A stretch of 64,000 nucleotides of DNA from the NCBI GenBank assembly GCA_963707385.1, contig CAVPPK010000006.1, positions 262,676 to 326,675 on the forward strand, written 5' to 3'. Position 1 is the first letter of the stretch. Each line of letters begins with the position of its first letter. Below are positions 19,340-30,001 of this stretch, in pieces. The notes below the pieces were generated by a model that was not told the origin of the DNA, did no database searches, and saw only the letters and a program-made list of their open reading frames with translations. Made by a program: the position numbers and the translations under genes. The DNA comes from an uncultured bacterium (GTDB lineage Bacteria; Actinomycetota; Actinomycetes; S36-B12).

Positions 19340-20029
19340 CTACCGCACGGCGAGCCAGGCGACCAGGGCATGATCGCCCGATGCCAGGCCCGTGGCGCGG
19401 GGCGTAAGGCCGTCATAGCCCACCCAGTCCAGGTCGGCACCCGCCGACACCAGCATGCGTGCGGTCGCGAGCCGGCCCGCGCGACAGGCATGCCAGCAGG
19501 CGTTCGTGACGTCGTCTCGGGTCACGGCGGGGGCCGTCAGCAGCCGAGAGAGCACGTCCTCCTCACCGAGCGCAGCCGCCTGCCACAGCGTCATCGAGGC
19601 ACCACGGTCGACGAGCCGACGGGCCGCCCTCCACTGGCCGAAGACGACGGCATCGGACAGCGGCGTGCCGCCGGTGAGCACGGCCCCGTCGGCCTCGATG
19701 GCGGCACCCGCATCGAGCAGGGCATCGATCGCCACGACGTCATCGCAGCTGGCGGCCCAATGCAGCGGCGTCTCCTGGTGAGGTCCCGCGTAGCGGCCGT
19801 TCACTGGGGCGCCGGCGGAAACGAGCCGGGTGATCGCCTCGGCAACGCGGGGGAAGTTGCCCGGCCAGTCGGTGGCGATGTGCAGGGCCGTTCGGGACTC
19901 AGCCGCGTCGCCGAATCGATCCAGTGCCAGCGTCGGGTGCGCGGACAGCAGCGCATCGAGTCCGCTCGCATCGCCCAGGCGGATCAGTTCCGTCAGCGAC
20001 CGTGCGACGGGATCGTCGGGCGCGCGCAT
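19340..20029 (-). CDS. Ankyrin repeat protein
   Basis: TALHIA, ETPLHWAA..ALLDAGA, GTPLSDA repeats. Confidence 0.85.
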   Translation of the reverse strand: MRAPDDPVARSLTELIRLGDASGLDALLSAHPTLALDRFGDAAESRTALHIATDWPGNFPRVAEAITRLVSAGAPVNGRYAGPHQETPLHWAASCDDVVAIDALLDAGAAIEADGAVLTGGTPLSDAVVFGQWRAARRLVDRGASMTLWQAAALGEEDVLSRLLTAPAVTRDDVTNACWHACRAGRLATARMLVSAGADLDWVGYDGLTPRATGLASGDHALVAWLAVR

Positions 20030-20074
20030 GACGGCACTCTACGAGCGCTGCCGGGATCCGTCGCCGACACGGAC

Positions 20075-20836
20075 CTAGGAGGTCCGCCGGCGGTAGGCGG
20101 CGAGAGCGAGGACGTAGGCGAGGAGCAGAAGGCCCACGCACCAGGCCAGCGCGACCCAGATGTCGGTGCCGACGGGCTGCTGGGTGAAGAGGTCGCGGAT
20201 CGTGTCGACGATCGGCGTCACCGGCTGGTTCTCGGCGAAGGCGCGCACCGGACCGGGCATCGTGGCGGTGAGGACGAATGCCGAGCTGATGAACGGCAGC
20301 AGGATGAGCGGGTACGAGAACGCGCTGGCACCGTCGACGGTCTTGGCGGACAGCCCCGCAATGACGGCGAGCCAGGTCAGCGCAAGGGTGAACAGGACGA
20401 GGATCCCGGCGACCGCGAGCCACGCCAGCACTCCGGCGCTCGAGCGGAAGCCCATGAGGAGGGCGACGACCACGACGACCGTGAGCGAGACGACGGTCGC
20501 GATGAGGGACGTCAGCACGTGCGCCCACAGCACCGACGACCGTGAGATGGGCATGGACTGGAACCGCTGGAAGATGCCGCTCGTCATGTCCATGAACAGC
20601 CGGAAGGCCGTGTAGGAGATGCTCGAGGCGATGGTGATGAGCAGGATGCCGGGCAGCAGGTAGTTCACGTACGAGTCGGACCCGGGGTTCATCGCGCCGC
20701 CGAACACGTAGACGAACAGCAGCATGAACGCGATCGGCATGATCGTCGTCGTGACGATGGTGTCCGGGCTGCGGGTGATGTGCCGCAGGGATCGACCCGT
20801 CAGGAGGACGGTGTCGCCTACGAAGTGAGTGGTCAT
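20075..20836 (-). CDS. ABC-2 permease (DrrB-like)
   Basis: YVNYLLPGI, RFQSMPISR, FAENQPVTP. Confidence 0.9.
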   Translation of the reverse strand: MTTHFVGDTVLLTGRSLRHITRSPDTIVTTTIMPIAFMLLFVYVFGGAMNPGSDSYVNYLLPGILLITIASSISYTAFRLFMDMTSGIFQRFQSMPISRSSVLWAHVLTSLIATVVSLTVVVVVALLMGFRSSAGVLAWLAVAGILVLFTLALTWLAVIAGLSAKTVDGASAFSYPLILLPFISSAFVLTATMPGPVRAFAENQPVTPIVDTIRDLFTQQPVGTDIWVALAWCVGLLLLAYVLALAAYRRRTS

Positions 20837-20846
20837 GAGGTGCTCC

Positions 20847-21622
<776 letters not shown>

Positions 21623-21626
<4 letters not shown>

Positions 21627-22000
21627 GAGCCGGCCTCCTCTGCTCGCTCCGCGGCCTCGATCGCCTTGGTCAGGCGCGAACGCTCCTTGTCGATCCACCG
21701 CTTGCCGGCGTAGGCCTGCACGAAGGCATCGGCGAACTCGACCGGATCCTCACCGACGATGGCGCGCACGGGCGTCCTGTCGGCCGCCGCGCGCTCCCAG
21801 AGCTCGACGAAGTCGCCCATCATCGTGAGCGCCACGTCCCCGTCCATGACGGCACCGCCCGCGTACATGAAGTACCGGTAGAGCGCGTTCGCCGCTGGGG
21901 CGTACGGCTCGGGCAGCGCCTCCATGCGGGCCTTGTACTGCTTGTACTGCTTCTTCTGGTCGAGCGATCCGGTGACCAGTTCGATCCACTTCGCTGCCAT
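21623..22000 (-). CDS. DUF1048 domain protein
   Basis: KKQYKQYKARMEALP...IVGEDPVEFAD; usual position between PadR and ABC genes. Confidence 0.85.
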
Positions 22001-22001
22001 G

Positions 22002-22331
22002 TCACTCTCCTCCTTGGCGGAGCTGGTCAAGTCGTTCGGTGAGGAAGCTCCAGGTCCTCCAGAACTCGTCGAGGTAGTCGCGTCCCGCGGCGTTGAGCGA
22101 GTAGACCTTGCGCGGCGGGCCCTTCTCCGACGGCACCTTCTCCACGTCGACGAGACCGCGCTGCTCGATCCTGATCAGCAGGGCGTAGACGGTGCCCTCG
22201 GCGATGTCGGCGAAGCCCCGCTCGCGCAGCCACGCGGTGATCTCGTAGCCGTACGCCGAGCGGCCGGCCAGGAGTGCCAGCACGATGCCCTCGAGAGTGC
22301 CCTTGAGCATCTCGGTCGCCAGCTTGCCCAC
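22002..22331 (-). CDS. PadR family transcriptional regulator
   Basis: EMLKGTLEG..YGYEI..EGTVYALL.R..GPPRKVYSL. Confidence 0.92.
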   Translation of the reverse strand: MGKLATEMLKGTLEGIVLALLAGRSAYGYEITAWLRERGFADIAEGTVYALLIRIEQRGLVDVEKVPSEKGPPRKVYSLNAAGRDYLDEFWRTWSFLTERLDQLRQGGE

Positions 22332-22349
22332 GGACCTCACCTCCCTCGC

Positions 22350-22391
22350 TACTCATTAACAATGACTACTGGTACAAAGTAACACTGAGTA
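22350..22391. promoter_or_regulatory. Candidate PadR operators, two imperfect 6-7-6 palindromes 23 bp apart
   Basis: TACTCA-TTAACAA-TGACTA (22350-22368) and TACAAA-GTAACAC-TGAGTA (22373-22391) in the AT-rich padR promoter. Confidence 0.6.
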
Positions 22392-22424
22392 GTGACCGGA
22401 CGCAAGCCTTGTGACAATGGCCCG

Positions 22425-22880
22425 ATGGATCAGGTCAGGGTCGCCACCCCAGTCGACGCGAGCGCTGTCGCCTCCCTGCTGCACGACTTCAACACCGAGT
22501 TCGACACCCCGACTCCCGGTGTGGACGTGCTCGCACGTCGGCTCAGCGATCAGCTCGCCGGGCCGTCGATCTTCGCGATCGTCGCCGACGAGCCGCCCGT
22601 CGGACTGGCACTCGTCTCACTGCGCCCGAACGCCTGGTACGACGGGCCGGTCGCGCTTCTCGACGAGCTGTACGTCGTGCCGGATCTGCGCAGCAGGGGG
22701 ATCGGGACGGCACTGCTGGCCGGCGCGCGCGCCGAGGCGAAGAGGCGGGGTGCCGAGCTGATGGAGATCAACGTCGACTCGCCCGACACGGACGCCCGGC
22801 GGTTCTACGAACGGCACGGGTTCAGCTGCGCGGAGCCCGACACCGGCGAGATCGCGCTGTACTACTGGGGTACGACGTGA
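22425..22880 (+). CDS. GNAT family N-acetyltransferase
   Basis: LDELYVVPDLRSRGIGTALL, ARRFYERHGF. Confidence 0.88.
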   Translation: MDQVRVATPVDASAVASLLHDFNTEFDTPTPGVDVLARRLSDQLAGPSIFAIVADEPPVGLALVSLRPNAWYDGPVALLDELYVVPDLRSRGIGTALLAGARAEAKRRGAELMEINVDSPDTDARRFYERHGFSCAEPDTGEIALYYWGTT

Positions 22881-22909
22881 GTGGGAGAAGCGCTACAGCA
22901 GGTCCATCG

Positions 22910-23473
22910 CTAGCAGCGGCTGACGTACGCGATGCCGGCGACCGTAGCTAGGGCGACGATCGCGAGGATCCAGCCGCGAATGATGCGCTCGCCGGTGAGC
23001 ACCACCACGAACCACGCGGAGGGCAGGAGGCTGGCGACTGCCGCGAGCACGACTGCGGTCACCGACAGCGGCCCGATCGGGAAGCCCTCGGCCCTGCTCG
23101 TCCACCCGGGCGCGATCCCAAAGGCCAGGGTCACTCCGACGAGGCAGCCCACGAGAGTGAGGAGGGCTCCGATCCGGAAGGCATGGGGTGCTGACGGCCA
23201 GGCGAACGCCCACGCCGACTGCAGAGCGACCAGCAGCCAGATCGGCCCGGCGAACAGGACGTACAGGACGGGCATCCACGCGAACGTCGTGTCACCGGAT
23301 GGTGCCTCCGGCATTGTTGTCGCGACCCAGTAGGCGAACACCCAGGCCACTGTGGTCACCACCGGCGTGAGCAGCGCGGCGACGATCAGAGCATTCGCAG
23401 GTCGCTCGAATCGTGGTGACGATCGAATGCGCCGGTAGGTCCGCCGCTGCCTCGTCGAGCTGTCGAGAGTCAT
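22910..23473 (-). CDS. Hypothetical membrane protein
   Basis: About five hydrophobic segments, SD GGGAGG before ATG, fills the gap; no family recognised. Confidence 0.55.
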   Translation of the reverse strand: MTLDSSTRQRRTYRRIRSSPRFERPANALIVAALLTPVVTTVAWVFAYWVATTMPEAPSGDTTFAWMPVLYVLFAGPIWLLVALQSAWAFAWPSAPHAFRIGALLTLVGCLVGVTLAFGIAPGWTSRAEGFPIGPLSVTAVVLAAVASLLPSAWFVVVLTGERIIRGWILAIVALATVAGIAYVSRC

Positions 23474-23512
23474 CTGACACCTCCCACCAACGGTACGCCG
23501 GAGGCGCGTGGC

Positions 23513-24169
23513 TTAGCCCTTCAGCCGCCCGGTCTCGTACGCCCACATCGCGATCTCGACCCGGTTCCGGGCGCCGATCTTCTGCATGAGGCTGGCCAGA
23601 TGCGTCTTGACGGTGCTCAGGCTGATGTGGAGCTCGTCGGCGATCTCCGCATTCGTCCGACCGCGGGCGACGGTGACGAGCACCTCCTCCTCGCGGTCGG
23701 TCAGCGGGGAGAGGGGCTGCGCAGCCGCGGGAGCGCCCTCGGCCTCCGCGAACGCAGCGAGCAGGCGCACGGTCACGCCGGGGTCGATGAGTGCATCGCC
23801 GTTCGCGGCCGCGTGCACCGCCTGCGTCAGCAGGTCCGGTCCGCAGTCCTTCAGCAGGAAGCCACGAGCGCCGGCCTTGAGTGCGCCATACACGTACTCG
23901 TCGAGATCGAAGGTCGTGATGACCACCACGGCGACCGGGTCGGCGACATCGGAACCGGCCAGCAGTCGCGTGGCCTCGAGTCCGTCGAGCTCCGGCATGC
24001 GGATGTCCATGAGGCAGACGTCCGGGCACAGCTCACGCGCCATCGACACGGCCTCGCGGCCGTTGGCGGCGGTGCCGACCACCTCGATGTCCGGCTGGGC
24101 GTTGAGGATCATCGCCAGGCCGGCGCGCACGAGCTCCTGGTCGTCGGCCACCAGCACCCGGATCGTCAT
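23513..24169 (-). CDS. NarL/LuxR family response regulator
   Basis: MTIRVLVADDQ, LMDIRMP, GFLLKD, LTDREEEVL..TNAEIA..TVKTH. Confidence 0.93.
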   Translation of the reverse strand: MTIRVLVADDQELVRAGLAMILNAQPDIEVVGTAANGREAVSMARELCPDVCLMDIRMPELDGLEATRLLAGSDVADPVAVVVITTFDLDEYVYGALKAGARGFLLKDCGPDLLTQAVHAAANGDALIDPGVTVRLLAAFAEAEGAPAAAQPLSPLTDREEEVLVTVARGRTNAEIADELHISLSTVKTHLASLMQKIGARNRVEIAMWAYETGRLKG

Positions 24170-25310
24170 GCGATGGCCACCCGTCCTCGGCAGCTCGGCG
24201 GACACTGTCCATCCGCCCTCCCGGCGCGCGCCGGCCTCGAACGTCCCGTCCAGCAGGGCGACCCGCTCGGCCATGCCCACCAGTCCGAAGCCGGGCTCCT
24301 GGCTGGAGGGCGACACGGGCTCGCCGTCGTCGGTGACCTCGAGGCGGACGCTCGTCGCGCCGCCCACCACGCGCACGTCGATGCGCGAGGGCCGCCGGGC
24401 GTGACGCAGGGCATTGGTGACGCCCTCCTGCGCGATCCGGAACACGGCGGCATCGACGGCAGTCGGCAGGCCCGCGACATCGCCGGAGACGTGCACCTCG
24501 ACTCGAGGCGAATCGGCGTCGCCGCGGGCGAGCAGGTCGAGGTCGCTCACGCCTCGCTGAGGTGCCAGCGCAGGTGCACTCGTGTCGCGCAGGGCCCCGA
24601 CCATCGTGCGCATCTCCGTCAGGGCGCGGGTCGCCTCGGACTCGATGATCCGTAGCGCCTCGCCCGCGGCCTGCGGATCGGTGGCGCCGACGACCTGCGC
24701 GGCCTGCGCCTGGATCGCGATGGCCGACACGTGATGAGCGACGGTGTCGTGCAGCTCGCGAGCGAGCTGCTCGCGCTCGAGCAGCCGGTACTGCTCCACC
24801 TGACGTCGACGGGCCGAGGTGGCCGACCGCACCGCGAGGCCGAGGGCGGCGGACGTCAGCAGGAAGGCGAAGCCCGCCACGATGTCGACGGGCCGGCCGA
24901 TGATCGCCTGCTGGATGAGGTTCGCGATGACGACGAACGACACCCCGACGGCCACGTCACGCCCGGATGCCCAGCGGCACAGCGCGTACGGCAGTACGAG
25001 CCCGAAGGCCAGGGCATAGGGGCCGAACGTCGGTGGACCGCTCGGGCTGGCCGCCAGCGAGAGCACCACGGTCGTGCCGAAGACGACGACCACGACGGGC
25101 AGTGGATGGGTGCGTCGCCACAGGGTCGCCGCCGCCAGCAGCAGGCTACAGGGCGAAGGCGGCGATGCGCCACGTCGCGTCGGGTCGCAGGAGCGCCTCG
25201 AGCACCGCTGCGGCGACGACGAGGCCGACCAGCAGCCAGTCCCGCCATACCCGGGCGGGCGGATCCGGGACAGCCGGCTCCTCCCACAGGGATCGAAGCG
25301 CGCGGGGCAT
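24170..25310 (-). CDS. Membrane sensor histidine kinase (HisKA_3), frameshift near 25150
   Basis: ERxxLARELHDTVAH, RIAQEGVTNALRHA, VTDDG, GFGLVGMAERV; reads in frame into the regulator, probably through an indel at the junction. Confidence 0.87.
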
Positions 25311-25317
25311 CACGGGT

Positions 25318-25986
25318 TCAGCGTAGGGACTGGACGGGAGTGCGCATCGGCCGTTCGGCCGAGGCCTTCATCGGCTGCCGCCGCACGACCCACTCGACCA
25401 CCGCCAGGTTGAGCGCCCAGGACAACGCCATCAGCAGAGCCCGGACCGTCGGCTCGGGAGCACCGAACGCGAGCGTCCACGGCAGGATCACCAGGACCTG
25501 CGTGCCCGCCCCCATGCCGATCGCATAGCCGCGCATCATCCACAGTCGATGGCTGGCGACGTCGCGTCGCAGGATCGACGTGACCCCCAGGACGAGGCTG
25601 ACGATCATCAGCGTGCCGAAGAACAGGCGGAACGCCTCGAGCAGCGCGTTGTCGTAGGCCGGCAGGTCGTAGTAGACCGCCATCCACAGGCCGGATGCCG
25701 CGGCCGCGAGCCCGAGCGGCACGAGCATGCGGCCGGAGCGACGGTGCCACGCCCGGCGCCGAAGGCTCGGCACGAACTGGAAGGCACCGACGAGGCAGAA
25801 CACGGTCGCCGAGACGATGTGGACGATCACCGGCGCCGGCACGGCGAAGAAGCGGGCGTTCTCGGCCGTTGCCGTGGCGCCTCCCGCCAGCTGGCTCAGC
25901 CGGGCCGCGCCGGCAGCCACGGGAACCAGGCTCAGGGCGATGAGCCCCGTCGGTACCGGCCACTGCCGGTGGGATCTGGTGCGCAC
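25318..25986 (-). CDS. DUF2306 membrane protein
   Basis: HIVSA..GAFQF..WHRRSGR..HRLWMMRGYA..W.LNLAVVEW. Confidence 0.85.
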   Translation of the reverse strand: MRTRSHRQWPVPTGLIALSLVPVAAGAARLSQLAGGATATAENARFFAVPAPVIVHIVSATVFCLVGAFQFVPSLRRRAWHRRSGRMLVPLGLAAAASGLWMAVYYDLPAYDNALLEAFRLFFGTLMIVSLVLGVTSILRRDVASHRLWMMRGYAIGMGAGTQVLVILPWTLAFGAPEPTVRALLMALSWALNLAVVEWVVRRQPMKASAERPMRTPVQSLR

Positions 25987-26183
25987 GGGCGTGCCTCTCG
26001 GTTCGACGTGACGGCGCGATGTCGCCGTCCCGACGATCGTCGCGGGCCGACCGCCGGCGCACACCCGCCTGACGGCCAGACCTGCCTCGTCCCCCGGGAC
26101 CAGCGCCGGCTCGTACTTTCGGCGGAGCGGTGGTGTAGAACCGGGTCCATGCAGTTCCTGTGCGTCCCCCGGTTCGGCGCGTG

Positions 26184-26528
26184 ATGGCACGCAGCGTCGA
26201 TCCGCGCGTGCAGGCAATCCTCGCCGCGATCGCCCGCGCGCGGGTGGCCGACAAGCGCATGCGGCTCGGGGAGTCCCTGGGCGACGACGTGGGCGTGCAG
26301 ATCGCGCACCAGGCGATCCTCCACAACCTGACGGTCATCGTCGAGGCCGCGCAGGCGCTGCCCCCCGAGGTCCTCCAGCGGGACTCCGCAACACCGTGGG
26401 GCGAGTTCGCCGCCATGGGCGATGCCCTCGGCCGCAACTACTACGTCATCGACACGGACGAGGTCCATCGCACCGTCGAGGTGGACCTCCGCGAGCTCGA
26501 GAGGGCGGTTGACCGGCTGATCTCGTAG
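26184..26528 (+). CDS. HepT/DUF86-like HEPN domain protein lacking the RX4H motif
   Basis: AILHNLTVIVEAAQALP..PW..AAMGDALGRNYYVID..V..DL.EL follows the DUF86 scaffold, with GDALGR where RNxLxH is expected. Confidence 0.65.
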   Translation: MARSVDPRVQAILAAIARARVADKRMRLGESLGDDVGVQIAHQAILHNLTVIVEAAQALPPEVLQRDSATPWGEFAAMGDALGRNYYVIDTDEVHRTVEVDLRELERAVDRLIS

Positions 26529-26593
26529 ATGCCTGTTCACCCGGGCCGACAGCCTCTAGCGTGGGCCTCGTCACCGCTGACGGAGGAGAACTC

Positions 26594-28392
26594 ATGGCCA
26601 TGAACGCCCCTGCATCGTCCCCAACCGTGAAGGGTCGCACCCGGATCCTGGCCGGGGTCGGCGCCCTGTCGGTGGCCGTGGCCGCGCTGGCCCTCGGCTC
26701 CTCGCCAGCGACGGCCGGGGACGTGGTGTCGACGACCCCCGGCGGCGACACGGCTCCCCGCCTCGTTCGCCTGCAGCTACTGGCGTTCAACGACTATCAC
26801 GGTCATCTCGAGGCATCGACGCCCGGCCCGGTCGGCGACCAGGCGGCGGGTGGCTCGGAGTACCTCTCGGCGGCGCTCACCCAGCTGCGCGCCGGCAAGC
26901 GCTACAGCCTGACGGTCGCGGCGGGCGATCTCATCGGCGGATCGCCCGCGCTGTCGGGGCTGTTCCACGACGAGCCGTCCGTCGAGTCGCTCAATGCGAT
27001 GGACCTCGACGTGTCCGGCGTCGGCAACCACGAGTTCGACGATGGCGTCGCCGAGCTGAAGCGGATGCAGGACGGCGGGTGCCATCCCGTCGACGGCTGC
27101 TACTTCCCGGACCAGCCCTACGCGGGAGCGGACTTCCAGTGGCTGGCCGCCAACGTGGTCAAGGAGGGCACGCGCAAGACCGTCCTTCCGCCGTACTGGA
27201 TCAAGGACGTCGGGGGCGTCAAGGTCGGCTTCATCGGCATGACGCTCGAGGGCACGCGATGCGATCGTCGCCGCCGCGGGCATCGCGGGCTACTCGTTCC
27301 TCGACGAGGCCCGGACCGCCAACCGCCTCGTTCCCGAGCTCAAGGAGCAGGGCGTCGAGAGCATCATCGTGCTGCTGCACGAGGGAGTGACGCAGGACCC
27401 GGCTCCCGGTGACATCAACGGCTGCAACAACATCAGTGGCCCGGTCGTGGACATCAACAGCAAGCTCGACGCGGAGATCGACGCGGTCCTCACCGGTCAC
27501 ACCCACCAGCCCTACAACTGCATGCTGCCCGGACCGGACGGCCGCAAGCGGATGGTGACGAGTGCCTACTCCTTCGGCCGGGTCGTCTCGGAGATCAACC
27601 TCGTCCTCGACAAGGACACCGGCGAGGTGCGCCGCGCCCTGAGCAAGGCCACGAATCACGCCGTCATCCAGTCGGCGCTCACCCCCGATCCCGCGCTGAC
27701 TGCGGTGATCGCCAAGTGGACGCCACTCTTCGAGGCGGCCGGCAACACCCCGGTCGGGACGATCACCGCCGACATCCTCCGCGGCGGGACCCCGCCCGGC
27801 GCAGACCGTGGCGTCGAATCGTCGGCCGGCAACCTCGTCGCCGACGCCCAGCTCTGGGCGACGTCGTTCAACGATGCGCAGATCGCCTTCATGAACGCCG
27901 GCGGTGTGCGCTCCGACCTCAAGTACGCGCCCTCCGGCGCGGAGGGAGCCGGCGTCGTGACCTACGGCGAGGCGTTCACCTTCCAGCCGTTCGGCAACAC
28001 GCTGGTCACGATCCCGATGACCGGCGCCCAGGTCCTCGCGGTGCTGCAGCAGCAGTGCCAGCCGGCGGGCTCGTCGCGGCCGTTCCTGAGCCTCAGCGCC
28101 TCGGCAGGGATTCACCTACACCCAGAGCCGGACGATCGTGAACGGCACCTGCACGGCGGTGTCCATCACCGATGTCCAGCTCAACGGCCGGGCGCTCGAC
28201 CCGGCGGCCACGTACCAGGTCACGGTGAGCAACTTCCTGGCCGACGGTGGCGACAACTTCACCGTGTTCCGGCAGGTGCCGGCCTCGGAGCGGCTCCCCG
28301 GCGGGGTCGACCTCCAGGCGCTCGTCGACTACCTCGACACCTTCTCGCCGGTGGCGCCGCCGCCCACGAATCGGGTGAACGAGGTCCCGTAG
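26594..28392 (+). CDS. Secreted bifunctional metallophosphatase/5'-nucleotidase, frameshifts near 27260 and 28110
   Basis: Signal peptide, FNDYHGHL, AGDLIG, GNHEFD, LLHEG, TGHTH, FMNAGGVR, QPFGN, FLADGGDNF. Confidence 0.92.
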
Positions 28393-28443
28393 GGGTCGGC
28401 TCTCGTCTAGCGCTCTCCAGCATCGATAACCGAAGGAGCAGTA

Positions 28444-29097
28444 GTGGCTCGCGCCCGTGTGCACAACTTCTCGATCTCGCTCGACGGCTTCGGGACCGGT
28501 GTGGACCTGAATGCCCAGGCACCGTTCGGCCATGCCGGGCACCGGCTCGTCGAGTGGATGAAGGCGACGCGCTTCTGGCACGAACTCGGCGTGGTCGCGA
28601 TGCCTGACGGCCCGGCCGGCACCGCCGGCGTCGACAACGCGTTCGCCGAGCGGTTCGCGCCCGGCATCGGCGCCGAGATCATGGGGGCCGGCAAGTTCGG
28701 CCCGCCCGGGTGGCAGGACGACCCGGATTGGCGCGGGTGGTGGGGCGAGAACCCGCCCTTCCACTCGCCGACGTTCGTCCTGACCCATCGGCCGCGCCCG
28801 CCCATGGAGATGGACGGCGGCACCACGTTCCACTTCCTCGACGTGCCTCCCGCTGAAGCACTGGCCGTGGCCGTGGAGGCAGCCGCTGGTGCCGACGTCC
28901 GCATCGGCGGCGGCCCGACGGTGGTCCGCGACTTCCTCGCTGCCGGGCTCGTCGACGACCTGCATGTCGTGCAGGTGCCGATCGTGCTCGGCCGCGGTGT
29001 GCGGCTGTGGGACGGCCTCGAGGGACTGGAGCTGCAGTACGACGTGGAGGCGGTGACGTCGCCCAGCGGCGTCACGCACCTCACCTTCACGCGCTGA
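28444..29097 (+). CDS. Dihydrofolate reductase/RibD C-terminal family protein
   Basis: SISLDGF, EIMG, FVLTH, RIGGG, LVDDLH..PIVLGRG. Confidence 0.88.
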   Translation: MARARVHNFSISLDGFGTGVDLNAQAPFGHAGHRLVEWMKATRFWHELGVVAMPDGPAGTAGVDNAFAERFAPGIGAEIMGAGKFGPPGWQDDPDWRGWWGENPPFHSPTFVLTHRPRPPMEMDGGTTFHFLDVPPAEALAVAVEAAAGADVRIGGGPTVVRDFLAAGLVDDLHVVQVPIVLGRGVRLWDGLEGLELQYDVEAVTSPSGVTHLTFTR

Positions 29098-29116
29098 CGG
29101 GGCGGCCCAGGGGCGT

Positions 29117-29620
29117 TCAGGTATTGACGGGGGAGAGCTGGGACGCGAGCTTCTCGAACTGCTGCTTGTAGCCCCACTTCATGCCGAATGCGGCGAGCCT
29201 GGCGCCGGGGCCGATCTCCGTGATGGTGACCCGGAAGGTCATGACGGTGCTGCCGCCGGGTGCGTCGGCGAGCGTCAGCACGTTGGAGTGGTGGATCGTC
29301 GTCTCGGCCTCCTCGCCCTCCGTCCACGACCGCGCGTCGAACGCGAGCCGCACCCCTTCGTCCAGCTCGGTGATGGCTCCGTCCATGGGCCACCGCGTGC
29401 CCTGGTACTTGCCCATGCCCGCGTCGGCCTCCATGACGATCCGGAACCGACCGCCGATCCGCAGGTCGACGTCGCACTCGGGGATGAATGTCTTCTCCGG
29501 ACCCCACCACTGCGTGAGCAGTTCGGGGCGCGTCCAGGCCGACCAGACCCGGTCGCGCGCGGCCGGGTAGGTGCGATCGAAGGCGAGGTCCTTCTTCACG
29601 GGTACCAACTTGCTCAGCAT
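29117..29620 (-). CDS. SRPBCC (AHSA1) domain protein
   Basis: RVWSAWTRPELLTQWWGP..DLRIGG..GYKQQFEKL. Confidence 0.85.
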   Translation of the reverse strand: MLSKLVPVKKDLAFDRTYPAARDRVWSAWTRPELLTQWWGPEKTFIPECDVDLRIGGRFRIVMEADAGMGKYQGTRWPMDGAITELDEGVRLAFDARSWTEGEEAETTIHHSNVLTLADAPGGSTVMTFRVTITEIGPGARLAAFGMKWGYKQQFEKLASQLSPVNT

Positions 29621-29934
29621 CAGCTGTCTCCATCTCTTTCCAGGAATGCGCCAAGGGTGTCGAGGCGCTCGTGCCACACGCCTTCGAAGGTCCGGAGCCA
29701 CTCGGCGATGTCGTCGAACGGCTCCTCGTTCAGGCGGTAGATCCGTCGGCGAGCGACGGCCTCCACCGTGAGCAGCCGGGCGTCGCTCAGCACCCTGAGG
29801 TGCTTGCTGGCCTGCGGCTGGCGAAGCGAGAGCCGGTCGGCGATCTCGCCGACGGAGCAGGGCCCCGTCCTGAGCAGCTCGACGATGCGCAGGCGAGTGG
29901 GCTCGCCGAGCGCTACGAGGGTGTCGACCTGCAT
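29620..29934 (-). CDS. ArsR/SmtB family regulator
   Basis: ALGEPTRLRIVELL..SVGEIA..QPQASKHLRVL. Confidence 0.9.
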   Translation of the reverse strand: MQVDTLVALGEPTRLRIVELLRTGPCSVGEIADRLSLRQPQASKHLRVLSDARLLTVEAVARRRIYRLNEEPFDDIAEWLRTFEGVWHERLDTLGAFLERDGDS

Positions 29935-29948
29935 GAGTGCGACACTAC

Positions 29949-29978
29949 CTGACATATTCCTGAAAGGGAATATGTCAG
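29949..29978. promoter_or_regulatory. ArsR operator candidate, 12-6-12 inverted repeat
   Basis: CTGACATATTCC-TGAAAG-GGAATATGTCAG immediately upstream of the -10 (TAGTGT) of the leaderless arsR. Confidence 0.78.
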
Positions 29979-30001
29979 TGTCCTCGTCCGGACTCGGGGC
30001 G

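Noticed and set aside
23513..25093. Apparent histidine kinase-response regulator fusion (526-aa ORF)
   Set aside because: The junction has an SD-like sequence and an ATGA overlap typical of two genes; one indel in this error-rich sequence explains the read-through.
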